From: Myxococcota bacterium
Lineage (GTDB): Bacteria > Myxococcota_A > UBA796 > CAJQPC01
NCBI GenBank assembly: GCA_036012755.1
Contig: DASCPX010000059.1
Location: 96,001-160,000, forward strand
Direction of reading: 5' to 3'
Length of the DNA stretch: 64,000 nt
The translations under genes were made by a program, and so were the position numbers. Position 1 is the first letter of the stretch; every line of letters starts with the position of its first letter. The notes below the pieces were generated by a model, which was not told the DNA's origin, did not search any database, and saw only the letters and a program-made list of their open reading frames with translations. Shown here piece after piece: positions 40,584-49,428 of this stretch.

Positions 40584-41666
40584 ATGCCGGACTACGCCGA
40601 AAGGGAACAGACCCCCGCGCTGAGTTCGACGAAGGTCGTCGCCAGCGATGTCGAGGTCGACGAGTCGAACAGCGCGATCGCAGAAGAGGTCCCCGGCGCC
40701 TCCGACGGAGGCCTGGCCAACTACCAGTCGGCGCTGGGCAGCTGGCTCGGCGGTGAGCTCTACGACGCCGTCAGCCCGCACCTCACGATGGACAAGCTCA
40801 GCGGCTATGCGACCGATGGGCTGAACTCGGTCCTGAAGCTGCTCGGCGAGCAGCTCAACAACATCGGCGAGTCCGACGAGGCCGCGGTCGAGGCCTTCGC
40901 AGAGGCCCTGGCCAACGTCGAGATCCCGGAGCTGGAGAAGAAGTTCGACCTGGGCAAGGGCTTTTCGGCCTCTGGCGGCGTGAAGCTCGGACGCATCCGC
41001 GACATCGCGCTGGAGCAGATCAAGGCCAAGCTCGAGTACGCCTCTGGCCCGCTGATCACAGCGATGCAGGTGGAGCACTCCGAAGACGGCGGCACGAAGG
41101 GCACCGGCTCCGACTCGCCGGCGGTCAACGCCCAGGTGAAGCGGGTCGACGGAAGCCTGACCACCATCAACGGGGTGAAGTACGACGCGGAGACCGGGCG
41201 CCTGTCGACCGACATGAGCCTGGTCCACTCCAAGGACGGCCTGACCCTCGGCGGCAGCGGGGAGCTCGACCAGAAGGGCATCTCGCAGGCCAGACAACTT
41301 GTACGCCCCGGCATAATCAATGGTCCCATACCGGACTTGAGCGGCGGTGATGAAAGGTACACCTTGCTCTGTGAACTCGGCGACTTTCGGGTGATTAGCC
41401 CCGTGGTTTCCGTCCTTCAGGTCATCCAGCAAACCCCAGCGCAGACACTCCGCGACAGCAAAAAAGTTCCATGTTTGTGGGATACGAAACCGTTCCATAT
41501 ACGCAGGCATTTCCACATGTTCTGGGACGCCTCGACGTGTGGCACAAGGACCTTCTGCCTTGAGCCTCTCCAGCAGCACACTCGCAGGCTCATCGCTCGC
41601 ATCCTGCGGCACGAGCCGCCCGCGCACGGCGAGTTGCCACCCGCACGACCGCCCCGTGGGAGCTGA
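40584..41666 (+). pseudogene. Hypothetical protein interrupted at about 41290 by the island; the ORF tail is read-through into antisense hsdS
   Basis: GC3-rich coding to about 41290, then an abrupt change in composition where the opposite strand encodes an HsdS fragment. Confidence 0.55.
41289..41636 (-). pseudogene. hsdS: Internal fragment of a type I restriction-modification specificity subunit
   Basis: QLAVRGRLVPQDASDEPASVLLERLKAE, IPQTW and DG.H...P.....GVPFITA. There is no proper start or end. Confidence 0.85.
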
Positions 41667-41681
41667 AGAGGGCTGAGTCCC

Positions 41682-41719
41682 GCTCCTGAATCTTGGACAC
41701 ACCAGGGACACAACAAAGC
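41682..41719 (+). repeat. 38-bp direct repeat, copy A
   Basis: GCTCCTGAATCTTGGACACACCAGGGACACAACAAAGC, with 1 mismatch to copy B. Confidence 0.95.
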
Positions 41720-41759
41720 AGCCATTCCCCGCAATTAGCAGGCACTGGCCATCATTTCG

Positions 41760-42503
41760 CTACATGGCACACGCACTCATATCCGCGGCGACTTCAAATG
41801 AGAATCTGGTGCCCCCGGGTGTGTCGCCCATATGATACGACATCAGCTGGTAGGCCTCGACATCCGCTTTGATGACCCCCCATAGCCAACCGATGAATCC
41901 TCCGTACTCATCCTCGTCCTCAATCACGATCGCAATCGCGAATTCCGTGGACTTGATCGCAAGGGCCATGGTCTCCAAGACCACGGCCGGAGCATCTTGC
42001 TCCACAGCTTTCGAGAAGTAGACCCAACTGAGCTTGTACAAAGCATAGTTGATCACATTGCCGTCCCCACCGAGTGTCGACGCCGCCGTTTCGTAATCCG
42101 AGACGAGCCGAACCCACTCCTCGTCCCAGCCTATCAACTCCGCACTCCCAGCCAGAGACCCTGTTGACCTGGCTTGAGCTTCCACCGCCTGCTGCACCGC
42201 CTCGTCCTCCGTCATGCCCTCGGGAATACGGAAGTCGCAATGGGCCAGTCCGATCCTGAGCGAGGCTACAAAGCAGTCTTCCTCCGCGAGGTCTGGGTCA
42301 ATCTCGTAGTTCCTGAGACAAGTCAGGGCGGTGTTGTGTCTCTCGGCAGCCTCGAGCAGGGCCGAAGTATCCGTTGGCGAGTCGCTTCTGGTCGGCTCGT
42401 CGAGCCGCGAGGCGGAATCGCGGACGGCGTCTGTCTTGTCGGTATCGTTGATGGAGGGACAGGCGACAAGCAGAAGGAAGAAGGGTAGAACTCTCATGGT
42501 CAT
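41760..42503 (-). CDS. Hypothetical lipoprotein (island cargo)
   Basis: MRVLPFFLLLVAC lipobox and lower GC3. Bracketed by the direct repeats. Confidence 0.75.
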   Translation of the reverse strand: MTMRVLPFFLLLVACPSINDTDKTDAVRDSASRLDEPTRSDSPTDTSALLEAAERHNTALTCLRNYEIDPDLAEEDCFVASLRIGLAHCDFRIPEGMTEDEAVQQAVEAQARSTGSLAGSAELIGWDEEWVRLVSDYETAASTLGGDGNVINYALYKLSWVYFSKAVEQDAPAVVLETMALAIKSTEFAIAIVIEDEDEYGGFIGWLWGVIKADVEAYQLMSYHMGDTPGGTRFSFEVAADMSACAM

Positions 42504-42634
42504 TCCTGGCGTCAGGTGGGATGGAGTGGTTTTCGTGCGAAATCCGAGCGAGTGTAGGAGTTTCCTATTTCGGAGTCAAACAAAGGCAAGTTGGATCCTT
42601 GGATTCTTCGCGGTGGTCATTGACGCCCGAGTCG

Positions 42635-42672
42635 GCTCCTGAATCTTGGACACACCACGGACACAACAAAGC
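42635..42672 (+). repeat. 38-bp direct repeat, copy B
   Basis: GCTCCTGAATCTTGGACACACCACGGACACAACAAAGC, containing GGACACA twice at 11-nt spacing. Confidence 0.95.
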
Positions 42673-42785
42673 CGACATTAGGCGGTATTGGCGAGCATTA
42701 GCCACCACTGCCCGAAACTACAAGCCCCGGTGATCACAGGCGAAACACCCTAAATACCTGTAATCACGACCCCTGGGTCAGGGTG

Positions 42786-42800
42786 CCGCCGCCTCCACCA
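42786..42800 (+). other. att-like core: isolated 3' end of tmRNA (or a tRNA)
   Basis: CCGCCGCCTCCACCA resembles the ssrA 3' terminus. There is no T-arm or gene body upstream. Confidence 0.65.
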
Positions 42801-42809
42801 TTTTTCTGC

Positions 42810-42835
42810 TAAACCCTCGGATTTCCGGGGGTTTA
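42810..42835 (+). terminator. Intrinsic, possibly bidirectional, terminator after the att core
   Basis: Hairpin TAAACCCTCGGA-TT-TCCGGGGGTTTA. Confidence 0.65.
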
Positions 42836-42849
42836 CGCATTTGGGGGAT

Positions 42850-43223
42850 GGCTTCTGTCCATCCTGGTGGTCGAACCACTCCTGCTGGCTCCAGATGGGC
42901 TCGTCCATGCCGTCGCCGTCGAGGTCGATGGCCACCACGTCGTCGACGCTGCCCTCCAGCTCCAGGACCGGCTCGGTCCAGCCCTCCTCCACCGAGGAGC
43001 CCGGCGCCTGGAGGAGGTCGTCCCCCAGGTTCCACCCGGTGTCCTCCGGCACGGCCGTGTCGATCGAGGGGTCGCTGTCGACCGGAGAGTCGCCGGCGAC
43101 GATGCCCGGGGGCTGGTGCGAGATGCACGCCGCCGAAGGGCAGGTCGCCGAGGTGTAGACCGGCGACACGTCCCCCGGAGGCAGCGCGTCGGGCCCGTCG
43201 CAGCCGAGCACCAACAGCAGCAT
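42850..43223 (-). pseudogene. FG-GAP lipoprotein truncated by the island
   Basis: Starts MLLLVLGC and has one DLDGDGMDE repeat. The frame then runs into the antisense terminator/att sequence (KWWRRR). Confidence 0.6.
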
Positions 43224-43390
43224 CAGCAGGTCATGACGTCGATGTAGCCGCCGGCGGCGCAGCACACGAGCGTGTTGTCGGTGGTCTCGTTGATGATGCG
43301 CCTCATGTGTCGTCCCGTGGCCACTCTGGCCAGCTCGTCGTTGGTGCGCCGAGCCCGACCCCCGCGGTGGGACACAGCCGCAGGTCGAGT

Positions 43391-43429
43391 ATCGACCATC
43401 GACCATCGACCATCGACCATCGACCATCG
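43391..43429. repeat. Heptanucleotide tandem repeat (ATCGACC)5 plus ATCG
   Basis: Read directly from the sequence. It is intergenic. Confidence 0.97.
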
Positions 43430-43546
43430 GCGGGTTTTTTGCCAGCAGAATGTCAAGCCCGGGGGTCAGGCCCCGACATGTGACGCCGGTGTGACATGGA
43501 AACGCCGGTGATCACAGCCCCTTGCGCCGGGTCAGACCGTGACTGC

Positions 43547-44521
43547 CTAGTAGACGTTGTACCTCGCCCGGTTTCGTTCGTGCTCGGCGGCGTTGACCGC
43601 CGGGTGGAGGTTCCCCTCGCCGTCGTGGAGGTAGTAGTAGTAGTCGCTCTCCACGGGAGCAGACGCTGCCTGCAGCGAGGGGAGCGCCGGGTTGCCGATG
43701 GGTGTCGGCGGGAGCCCCTTGCGCTCGCGGGTGTTGTAGGCGTCGCCCGGGTCCCTGAGCTGTCGCAGGAAGGCCTTGCGGTCGTTCCAGTTCTCCAGCG
43801 TGTAGCGCGAGGTCGCGTCGATCCCGAGCTGCCAGCCCTCGTCGAGGCGCTTCCAGATGATGCCTGCCACCAGCGGGCGGTTCGTGGGCTTCGGCTCCTC
43901 GCGCTCGAGCATCGAGGCGACGATGACGACCTCGTAGAGATCCCGGGATCCGAGCTCGGCGTCCTGTCCCCAGGTCCGCCAGAAGAGATCGAGCTGGCGC
44001 TGGATGAGCTCCTCGGCCGTGAAGCCGCTCTCTGGGACGTTGTAGGTCTCCGGCATCAGGAAGCCCTCGAGCGAGCGGAGCCCGTCGATCTCGAAGGGCA
44101 GGTCGAAGCGAGCGGGGTCCTTCGCGGCCGCCGTGTACTCCCCGGCGACGAGCCAGCCGTCCTCTGCCAGCGCCTCGTCGATGTCGCGGATGCGCCAGCC
44201 CTCCACCACGGTGAATGGGACCTCGTCCGCCATCGGCACACCGCAGAGGGTCTCCATGATCTCGGGGTAGGTCATCGAGCGCGCCAGCTCGAACTTGCCA
44301 GCCTTGAGGCAGGAGCCCGCGGAGCGTGACTTCAGGTAGTAGCGCCAGCTCACGTCGTCGTGGATCAGGCCCTCTTCGAGCAACGCCGGGCCCAGGCCGC
44401 GGGCAGAGGAGCCAGACGGCACCTCGACGATCACGGTCTCCGTGTCGCTGGCGTCGACCGGGGTGTCGACCTTTGTGTCGAGCACGAAGCAGGAGCAGAG
44501 GAGCATCCACATGAGTCGCAC
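43547..44521 (-). CDS. mltG: Endolytic murein transglycosylase
   Basis: Motifs LKAG.F, T.VEGW, LEGFLMPETY, ASMLERE, L.IDAT, YNT....GLPPTPI.NP and YYYLH. Confidence 0.95.
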   Translation of the reverse strand: MRLMWMLLCSCFVLDTKVDTPVDASDTETVIVEVPSGSSARGLGPALLEEGLIHDDVSWRYYLKSRSAGSCLKAGKFELARSMTYPEIMETLCGVPMADEVPFTVVEGWRIRDIDEALAEDGWLVAGEYTAAAKDPARFDLPFEIDGLRSLEGFLMPETYNVPESGFTAEELIQRQLDLFWRTWGQDAELGSRDLYEVVIVASMLEREEPKPTNRPLVAGIIWKRLDEGWQLGIDATSRYTLENWNDRKAFLRQLRDPGDAYNTRERKGLPPTPIGNPALPSLQAASAPVESDYYYYLHDGEGNLHPAVNAAEHERNRARYNVY

Positions 44522-45568
44522 CTATTCCGTCATCAAGAGCTTGCGGTAGCGCTGATCACCTTCGACCGCGTCGAGGCGGCGGAGGTCCTCGATCCCCGAG
44601 AGATCGCGAAGCTCGGGCAGCGCCTCCAGGTGGAGTGTGCTGATCTCGACGAGGTCCTCGAGGCCATCGAGCGAGGTCAGCTCGGGGATCCCAGCGAGCG
44701 AGAGTCGGTTCAGCCGCGCGAGCCGTGGACCCCTCAGGGATCTCAGCGAGGGCATGCCGACGATCTCCAACGTGTCACCGACGTGGACGAGCCCGTCCAG
44801 GAAGCGGAGGTCGCGATTGGCGAGATCGCGCAGGCTGAGGTCACCGTCGACCCTCGTCAGGCGCCCGAGATCGATGGTCCCGGACAGACCGCTCAGCCGC
44901 ACGTCGCCCTCGACGAGGACGAGCTTGTCGAGCTGGACGTAGGCGGAGCCCAGGTCCTGGAGGGTCACCTCGGAGGCGGCGTAGAGGTCGACCGACAGCT
45001 GTCGGAGGCGGGGGGCCTCCGCGACGACGAGGCCTCCGGAGAGCTCCGGCATCGTGAGCTCGACGTCCTCCAGGACGGGGTTTCCGACGAGGCTCAGGCG
45101 AGAGGTCGAGAAGCCCTCGAGCCGGACCTCCCGCAGCGCCGGCATGCCCTCGATCTCCAAGGCAGCGGCGGAGCGCAGGCACTCCAGCTCCGAGAGGTCG
45201 ACGAGCTCCGGGATGCCGACGAGGCGCAGGGTGCCGCTGAGCTCGCCGTAGCGCTCGGCGAACTCGGACAGCGCATCGCTCGAAGAGAAGACGAGGTCAC
45301 CCACGAAGAGCCCGCGCTCGTCGCAGGCCAGCGGGGTCTCCCCGGTGTCTCCGGTGTCGTCGCCGAGGTGCTCGCTGTCCAGGAAGTAGCCGGAGTCCAG
45401 GGGTTCGCTGTCGTGGAGGGGCTCGCCGGTGTCTGCGCTGTCGAGGAAGGCGGTGTCCGCCGTGTCCGCCGTGTCCGCCGTGTCCGCCGTGTCTGCCGTG
45501 TCCGTGGCGGTCTCGGCGAGGGCGGCACCCGCCAGCGCGAGGACGAAGAGAGGAAGGAGGCGCTTCAT
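44522..45568 (-). CDS. Secreted receptor-L-domain/LRR-like protein with a DTA tether
   Basis: Signal MKRLLPLFVLALAGAALA, DTADTA repeats, and L..L..V.G.L.I repeats. Confidence 0.75.
   Translation of the reverse strand: MKRLLPLFVLALAGAALAETATDTADTADTADTADTADTAFLDSADTGEPLHDSEPLDSGYFLDSEHLGDDTGDTGETPLACDERGLFVGDLVFSSSDALSEFAERYGELSGTLRLVGIPELVDLSELECLRSAAALEIEGMPALREVRLEGFSTSRLSLVGNPVLEDVELTMPELSGGLVVAEAPRLRQLSVDLYAASEVTLQDLGSAYVQLDKLVLVEGDVRLSGLSGTIDLGRLTRVDGDLSLRDLANRDLRFLDGLVHVGDTLEIVGMPSLRSLRGPRLARLNRLSLAGIPELTSLDGLEDLVEISTLHLEALPELRDLSGIEDLRRLDAVEGDQRYRKLLMTE
45453..45503 (-). repeat. Coding 9-bp tandem repeat (GTGTCCGCC)n encoding DTA
   Basis: Read directly from the sequence. Confidence 0.9.
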
Positions 45569-46914
45569 GCCTGAGCTCCAGGTCTGGCCCATCGACCCTG
45601 GCGGTACGCGATGGTTCCGACCAGTGCCTTGACGACGAAGGAAAGAGGGAAGGCTGCCCAGATGCCGGCTATGCCCATGTTCAGGGTGAACCCGAGCACG
45701 TAGCTGAGCGGAATCTGGACCAGCAGGGTGGCGAAGGCGTTGATCGACAGGGAGATGTCGGTGCGCCCGGAGCCCGAGAACGCGCTCCCGTAGGCGAGCC
45801 AGACGCCCACGGGCGGCATGGACAGGGCCAGCATGAGGATCCATGTGAGCGTCGCTTCGCCCAGCGGGGTGTCCGCCGAGACGTCGAAGATGGTGAGGAT
45901 CGGGGTGTCGAGGGCCCAGAGCAGGATGCCGAGGGTGCTCATGACGCCGAAGCAGAGGGTCATGGCGGCCCGCACGATCCGCCGGGCCTCCGCGACCGAG
46001 TCCGCTCCGAGCGCGTTCCCGACCATCGCCGCCGCGGACTGGCTGATCGCGAGACCCGGGACGAAGGCCAGGGCCTGGACTCGCAGGCCCACCCCGTGGG
46101 CGGCCACCGCGACCTGGTCGATGCGCGACAGCATGGCGATGATGCTCAGGAAGCCAGCGTTGAGCACGATCATGTCCAGGGCGGCGGGGCTGCCGACCCG
46201 GACCAGGTCTCGCGTGAGCCGGCCGTCGATCCGCGCCATGCGCAGCCGGAGCGTGACCCCGGGGACCGCGCCCTTGCGGATCGCCACCACCATCGCGACC
46301 ACGGCCAGGGCCTGGGCCAGGAGCGTGCCGTATGCCGCGCCCTGGACTCCCAGGGACGGCAGGCCCCAGTGTCCGAGGATCAGGCCGTAGTTGAAGACGA
46401 CGTTGGCGGCGTTCATGCCCAGCGCGATGACGAAGGCCAGGCGCGTGTTGCCCACCCCGCGCAGCACGGCCCCAAACAGGATGTTGAGGTAGTTGAAGAC
46501 GACACCCACCAACAACGGCAGGAGGTACGCCAGCGCCAGCTCCTGGTGGCTGCCCCGCGCCCCGAGGACGTAGAGCAGGCCAGGCGCGGCGAGGGTTCCG
46601 ACCACCGCGACGCCCACCCCGAGGAGCACGGTCAGCTGGGTCGACTGGTGGAGGATGTGGATGACCCGCTCGTGGTCCCTCGCGCCGTGGGCCCTGGAGA
46701 CGAAGGCGACGCTCCCGACGGTGAGCCCGAGCATCGCCACCATCAGCAGGAAGAGCAGCTGGAAGGCGTAGGACATGCCCGCGAGCGCGGGCTCCGGATC
46801 GGGCAGGCGCCCCACCATCGCCGTGTCGACGAAGAGCGCCAGCACATTGAGCACGTTGAGCCCGATGACCGGTAGAGCCAGATCGAGAAGCCTGGCCGGG
46901 ACGGATGACCGCAC
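45565..46914 (-). CDS. MATE family efflux transporter
   Basis: Motifs LALP, VDTAMVGRL, LRGVGNTR, N.VFN..LI.G..G.P.LGVQGAA and about 12 TM helices. Confidence 0.93.
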   Translation of the reverse strand: MRSSVPARLLDLALPVIGLNVLNVLALFVDTAMVGRLPDPEPALAGMSYAFQLLFLLMVAMLGLTVGSVAFVSRAHGARDHERVIHILHQSTQLTVLLGVGVAVVGTLAAPGLLYVLGARGSHQELALAYLLPLLVGVVFNYLNILFGAVLRGVGNTRLAFVIALGMNAANVVFNYGLILGHWGLPSLGVQGAAYGTLLAQALAVVAMVVAIRKGAVPGVTLRLRMARIDGRLTRDLVRVGSPAALDMIVLNAGFLSIIAMLSRIDQVAVAAHGVGLRVQALAFVPGLAISQSAAAMVGNALGADSVAEARRIVRAAMTLCFGVMSTLGILLWALDTPILTIFDVSADTPLGEATLTWILMLALSMPPVGVWLAYGSAFSGSGRTDISLSINAFATLLVQIPLSYVLGFTLNMGIAGIWAAFPLSFVVKALVGTIAYRQGRWARPGAQA

Positions 46915-46957
46915 GCTGCGCGCATAACGTCGTCCGGTCTGGCGTAGGCTCTGTGTC

Positions 46958-48268
46958 GTGGCCGGGGTTCCGCTGACACCTGCCGAGCGGGCCGCTGCAA
47001 AGCCTGTGCTGCTCGCGCTGCCCCCCGTCGAGGGGCTCCCGCCTGTCCCGCGGCTGCTGGTCGCGGACGGGCTGGCGCTGGCCGGGCGCAAGTACGCCAG
47101 CGGTGACCAGGAGCCCAACGTCGCCGGCGACCTCTGGCTGATGACCGAGGGCTGCGTGGCGCTCCGGAGCACGGGTCACTTCCACCGCGTTCTCCGCGGG
47201 CCCACCGTGCTCTCCCCCAGCGACGTGGGCTTCGGCGGGCCCGACATCCTCGTGCTCCAGGAGGGCACGGTGCTCTGCCGGATGGCGGTCGCCAACGCCC
47301 TCCTGTTCAACGCGATGAGCTCCGGGTGGGCCCACGGCATGCTCGACTCGGCGGTCGCCGATCTCGAGGCCACGCGCGCGGCGCGAGAGGCGACCTTCGC
47401 CGGCATGGCGGACTACTTCGAGGCCTCTGGCGCGCTCATGAAGGGGCCCTACCGGAGCACCACCGTGCGGCTCGTGTTCGTCGTCGTCGAGGACGATCCG
47501 CCCCCGCCGCTTCCGTGGAACGTGTTCCCCGCCCTGCCTGGCAGCAAGCGGTGGATCCGGGCCTTCTCGCACTACACGAACTTCAAGGCCGCCGATGCAC
47601 CATCTGACTACGAGTACCAGGAGTTGGCCCAGCTGATCCCCTGCGTCACGACCTCGGGCCTGGGCTTCCACAGTGGCCGGATGTTCCCGGACGGGGTGAT
47701 GCCGACCGCGGTCGGTCGCGAACTCTACGCCTTCCCGAAGCGCTGCGGCGAGGTCTGGATGGACGACCATGGGGGTGGGGCGGCGTTCCAGGGCAAGTTC
47801 ATGTTCCACGCCGAGTGGAGCGGCGGCACGGTCCAGCCGGTCCACGAGTGGATGTCGGACATGACCGAGGCCTTCCTCCCTGGCTGGGCTGGCCGGGTGC
47901 CGTCGGGGTTCATGGGGTTGTTCACCCGCCTGACCGGGCCCGTAATCTCCCGGATCGGGATTCCCCTGCGCGTCTTCACTGAGCGGAAGAGCATGGACCG
48001 CTCGCCGATGACGCCGCTCGGGAACAACGAGATGGTCAGGGCGCCCTTCCGTTTCACCATCAAGGAGGCCCGCTCGCTGAGTCTCGACTGGCTCTACGAC
48101 GTGAACCGCTTCTCGCTGAAGGGGATCGCGGCTTTCGAGGTCGAGGTCGACATCAACCTCCACGAGTCCTACGCGGTCCGAGATCGGACAGGGCTGTTCC
48201 GGGCCCTCCGAAACCCCTGGCTCGCGGCCCAGGTCCCCTTTCGGACCTTTCTCGAGCTCCTGCCGTGA
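46958..48268 (+). CDS. cNMP-binding-like plus acetoacetate decarboxylase-like fusion protein, paralogue 1
   Basis: N-terminal barrel LWLMTEGCV..RVLRGP. ADC motifs GPY, YQELAQLIP and AVGRELYAFPKR. Confidence 0.8.
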   Translation: MAGVPLTPAERAAAKPVLLALPPVEGLPPVPRLLVADGLALAGRKYASGDQEPNVAGDLWLMTEGCVALRSTGHFHRVLRGPTVLSPSDVGFGGPDILVLQEGTVLCRMAVANALLFNAMSSGWAHGMLDSAVADLEATRAAREATFAGMADYFEASGALMKGPYRSTTVRLVFVVVEDDPPPPLPWNVFPALPGSKRWIRAFSHYTNFKAADAPSDYEYQELAQLIPCVTTSGLGFHSGRMFPDGVMPTAVGRELYAFPKRCGEVWMDDHGGGAAFQGKFMFHAEWSGGTVQPVHEWMSDMTEAFLPGWAGRVPSGFMGLFTRLTGPVISRIGIPLRVFTERKSMDRSPMTPLGNNEMVRAPFRFTIKEARSLSLDWLYDVNRFSLKGIAAFEVEVDINLHESYAVRDRTGLFRALRNPWLAAQVPFRTFLELLP

Positions 48269-49428
48269 GCGCGCCGGCCATCCTCTTCACCTTTCCGCCC
48301 TTCACGAGCGTGGACGTCTCGCACTGGAGCACCTTTGCGGACCTCTGCATCGAGGTTCCCTTTGGTCCCGGCGAGGTCCACCAGCTCGAGGAGGACTACG
48401 TCTGCGTCCTCGTCTCCGGCAAGGCGGTGCTGCATCGCTTCGCCGACACCGAGCGCCTCGTGGAGGGACCCATCGTGCTCGATGTCGTCCATCCAGGGCT
48501 CGGGCGCCCGGCGCGCTTTCACACCCTGGAGCCAGGAGGGACGCTGGTCTGGGTGTTGCGCAGCGACCTGGACGCCTACACCGACGTGAGCGAGCGCCTC
48601 GCCGTGACCCTCGAGCAGACTCGGGAGGAGCGGGCCGGCCTCGCAGCGCTGGGGGATCGCCAGACCTGGGTGGGGCCCTCGACCGGCTCGGTCCTTGCTG
48701 ACGAACCCTATGTCGGGGAGCTCGACTACATCCTCATCGGCTTGCCCGGTGTGCTCACCGAGCTGGTCCCCTCGCTGCCCCGGGGGCTGGTGCCGCTCTT
48801 CGACGACGAACGGGTCGTGCTGGTCTTCGGCATCCATGGGCCGTCGTCTCTGTTCTCCGGCCACAATCCTCCGGCGGAGGGTGGCTACGGTGCGGTGCTG
48901 GTTCCGGCCTCCTGGTCTGGAGAAAAGGGGCTGTACTGCGCCAGTGTGTGGACCGGGCAGCTGATGTACGTCCACGTACTGCGCGAGCTCTATGGGCTCC
49001 TCGGCCGGGAGGGAGAGGTCTACGATCCGAAGATCCCCTCTTACCCCCAGCGCCTGATGGCCTGGGGTCGGCGGCTGCGACTGAAGGCGGAGTGGCTCAA
49101 GGAGGTCTCCCCGGATCTGACCCACTGGGAGGACATGGTGGGCATGCCCTGGGACCCCACGCGCCTGCCGCTCCAGTGGTGCTTCGAGCGCCATGGCTTC
49201 GGAGTCGGTCCCGGCTTCTTCCGGGGCTGCAAGGGGGACCAGGAGCTCAGCCTCTTGAGCCTCGAGGAGCTCGAGATCCCCAGAGTCGAGAGCATGGACG
49301 GTGTCACGCTCGTCGATCCGGTGGAGCCGATCTACGGCTTCCGCCTCCAGGCTGACTTCCGCCTCGCCGATCCTGTTCCCCTCGACCGTCAGATCCTCGC
49401 CATCACCGCGGCCTGGCTGGTCGGATGA
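48265..49428 (+). CDS. cNMP-like plus ADC-like fusion, paralogue 2 (catalytic Glu and Lys absent)
   Basis: N-terminal PPF...FGPGE...VLVSGKA...LVEGP. Then EPY, GLYC and LRELYGLLGR. GTGA-coupled. Confidence 0.7.
   Translation: MSAPAILFTFPPFTSVDVSHWSTFADLCIEVPFGPGEVHQLEEDYVCVLVSGKAVLHRFADTERLVEGPIVLDVVHPGLGRPARFHTLEPGGTLVWVLRSDLDAYTDVSERLAVTLEQTREERAGLAALGDRQTWVGPSTGSVLADEPYVGELDYILIGLPGVLTELVPSLPRGLVPLFDDERVVLVFGIHGPSSLFSGHNPPAEGGYGAVLVPASWSGEKGLYCASVWTGQLMYVHVLRELYGLLGREGEVYDPKIPSYPQRLMAWGRRLRLKAEWLKEVSPDLTHWEDMVGMPWDPTRLPLQWCFERHGFGVGPGFFRGCKGDQELSLLSLEELEIPRVESMDGVTLVDPVEPIYGFRLQADFRLADPVPLDRQILAITAAWLVG

Larger units (their letters stand above)
41290..42850. mobile_element. Low-GC integrative-element remnant without an integrase
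   Basis: Visibly lower GC. It carries an hsdS fragment, duplicated end sequences and a tmRNA/tRNA-like 3'-end att core, and both flanking genes are truncated. Confidence 0.65.

Noticed and set aside
41682..42672. CRISPR array or integron attC sites
   Set aside because: There are only two copies, 953 bp apart. There are no cas or intI genes and no RYYYAAC...GTTRRRY attC structure.
42720..42800. Complete tRNA or tmRNA gene ending in CCA
   Set aside because: There is no GGTTCRA T-loop or cloverleaf upstream. Only the last 15 nt match.
43391..43429. Coding MVDGRWS repeat protein
   Set aside because: It is the translation of a 7-bp intergenic tandem repeat with no coding signature.
43428..43445. 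Minus-strand TGGCAAAAAACCCGC as a sigma54 promoter
   Set aside because: It has GG-N10-GC spacing but lacks the CACG and TTGC consensus, and there is no intact gene downstream.
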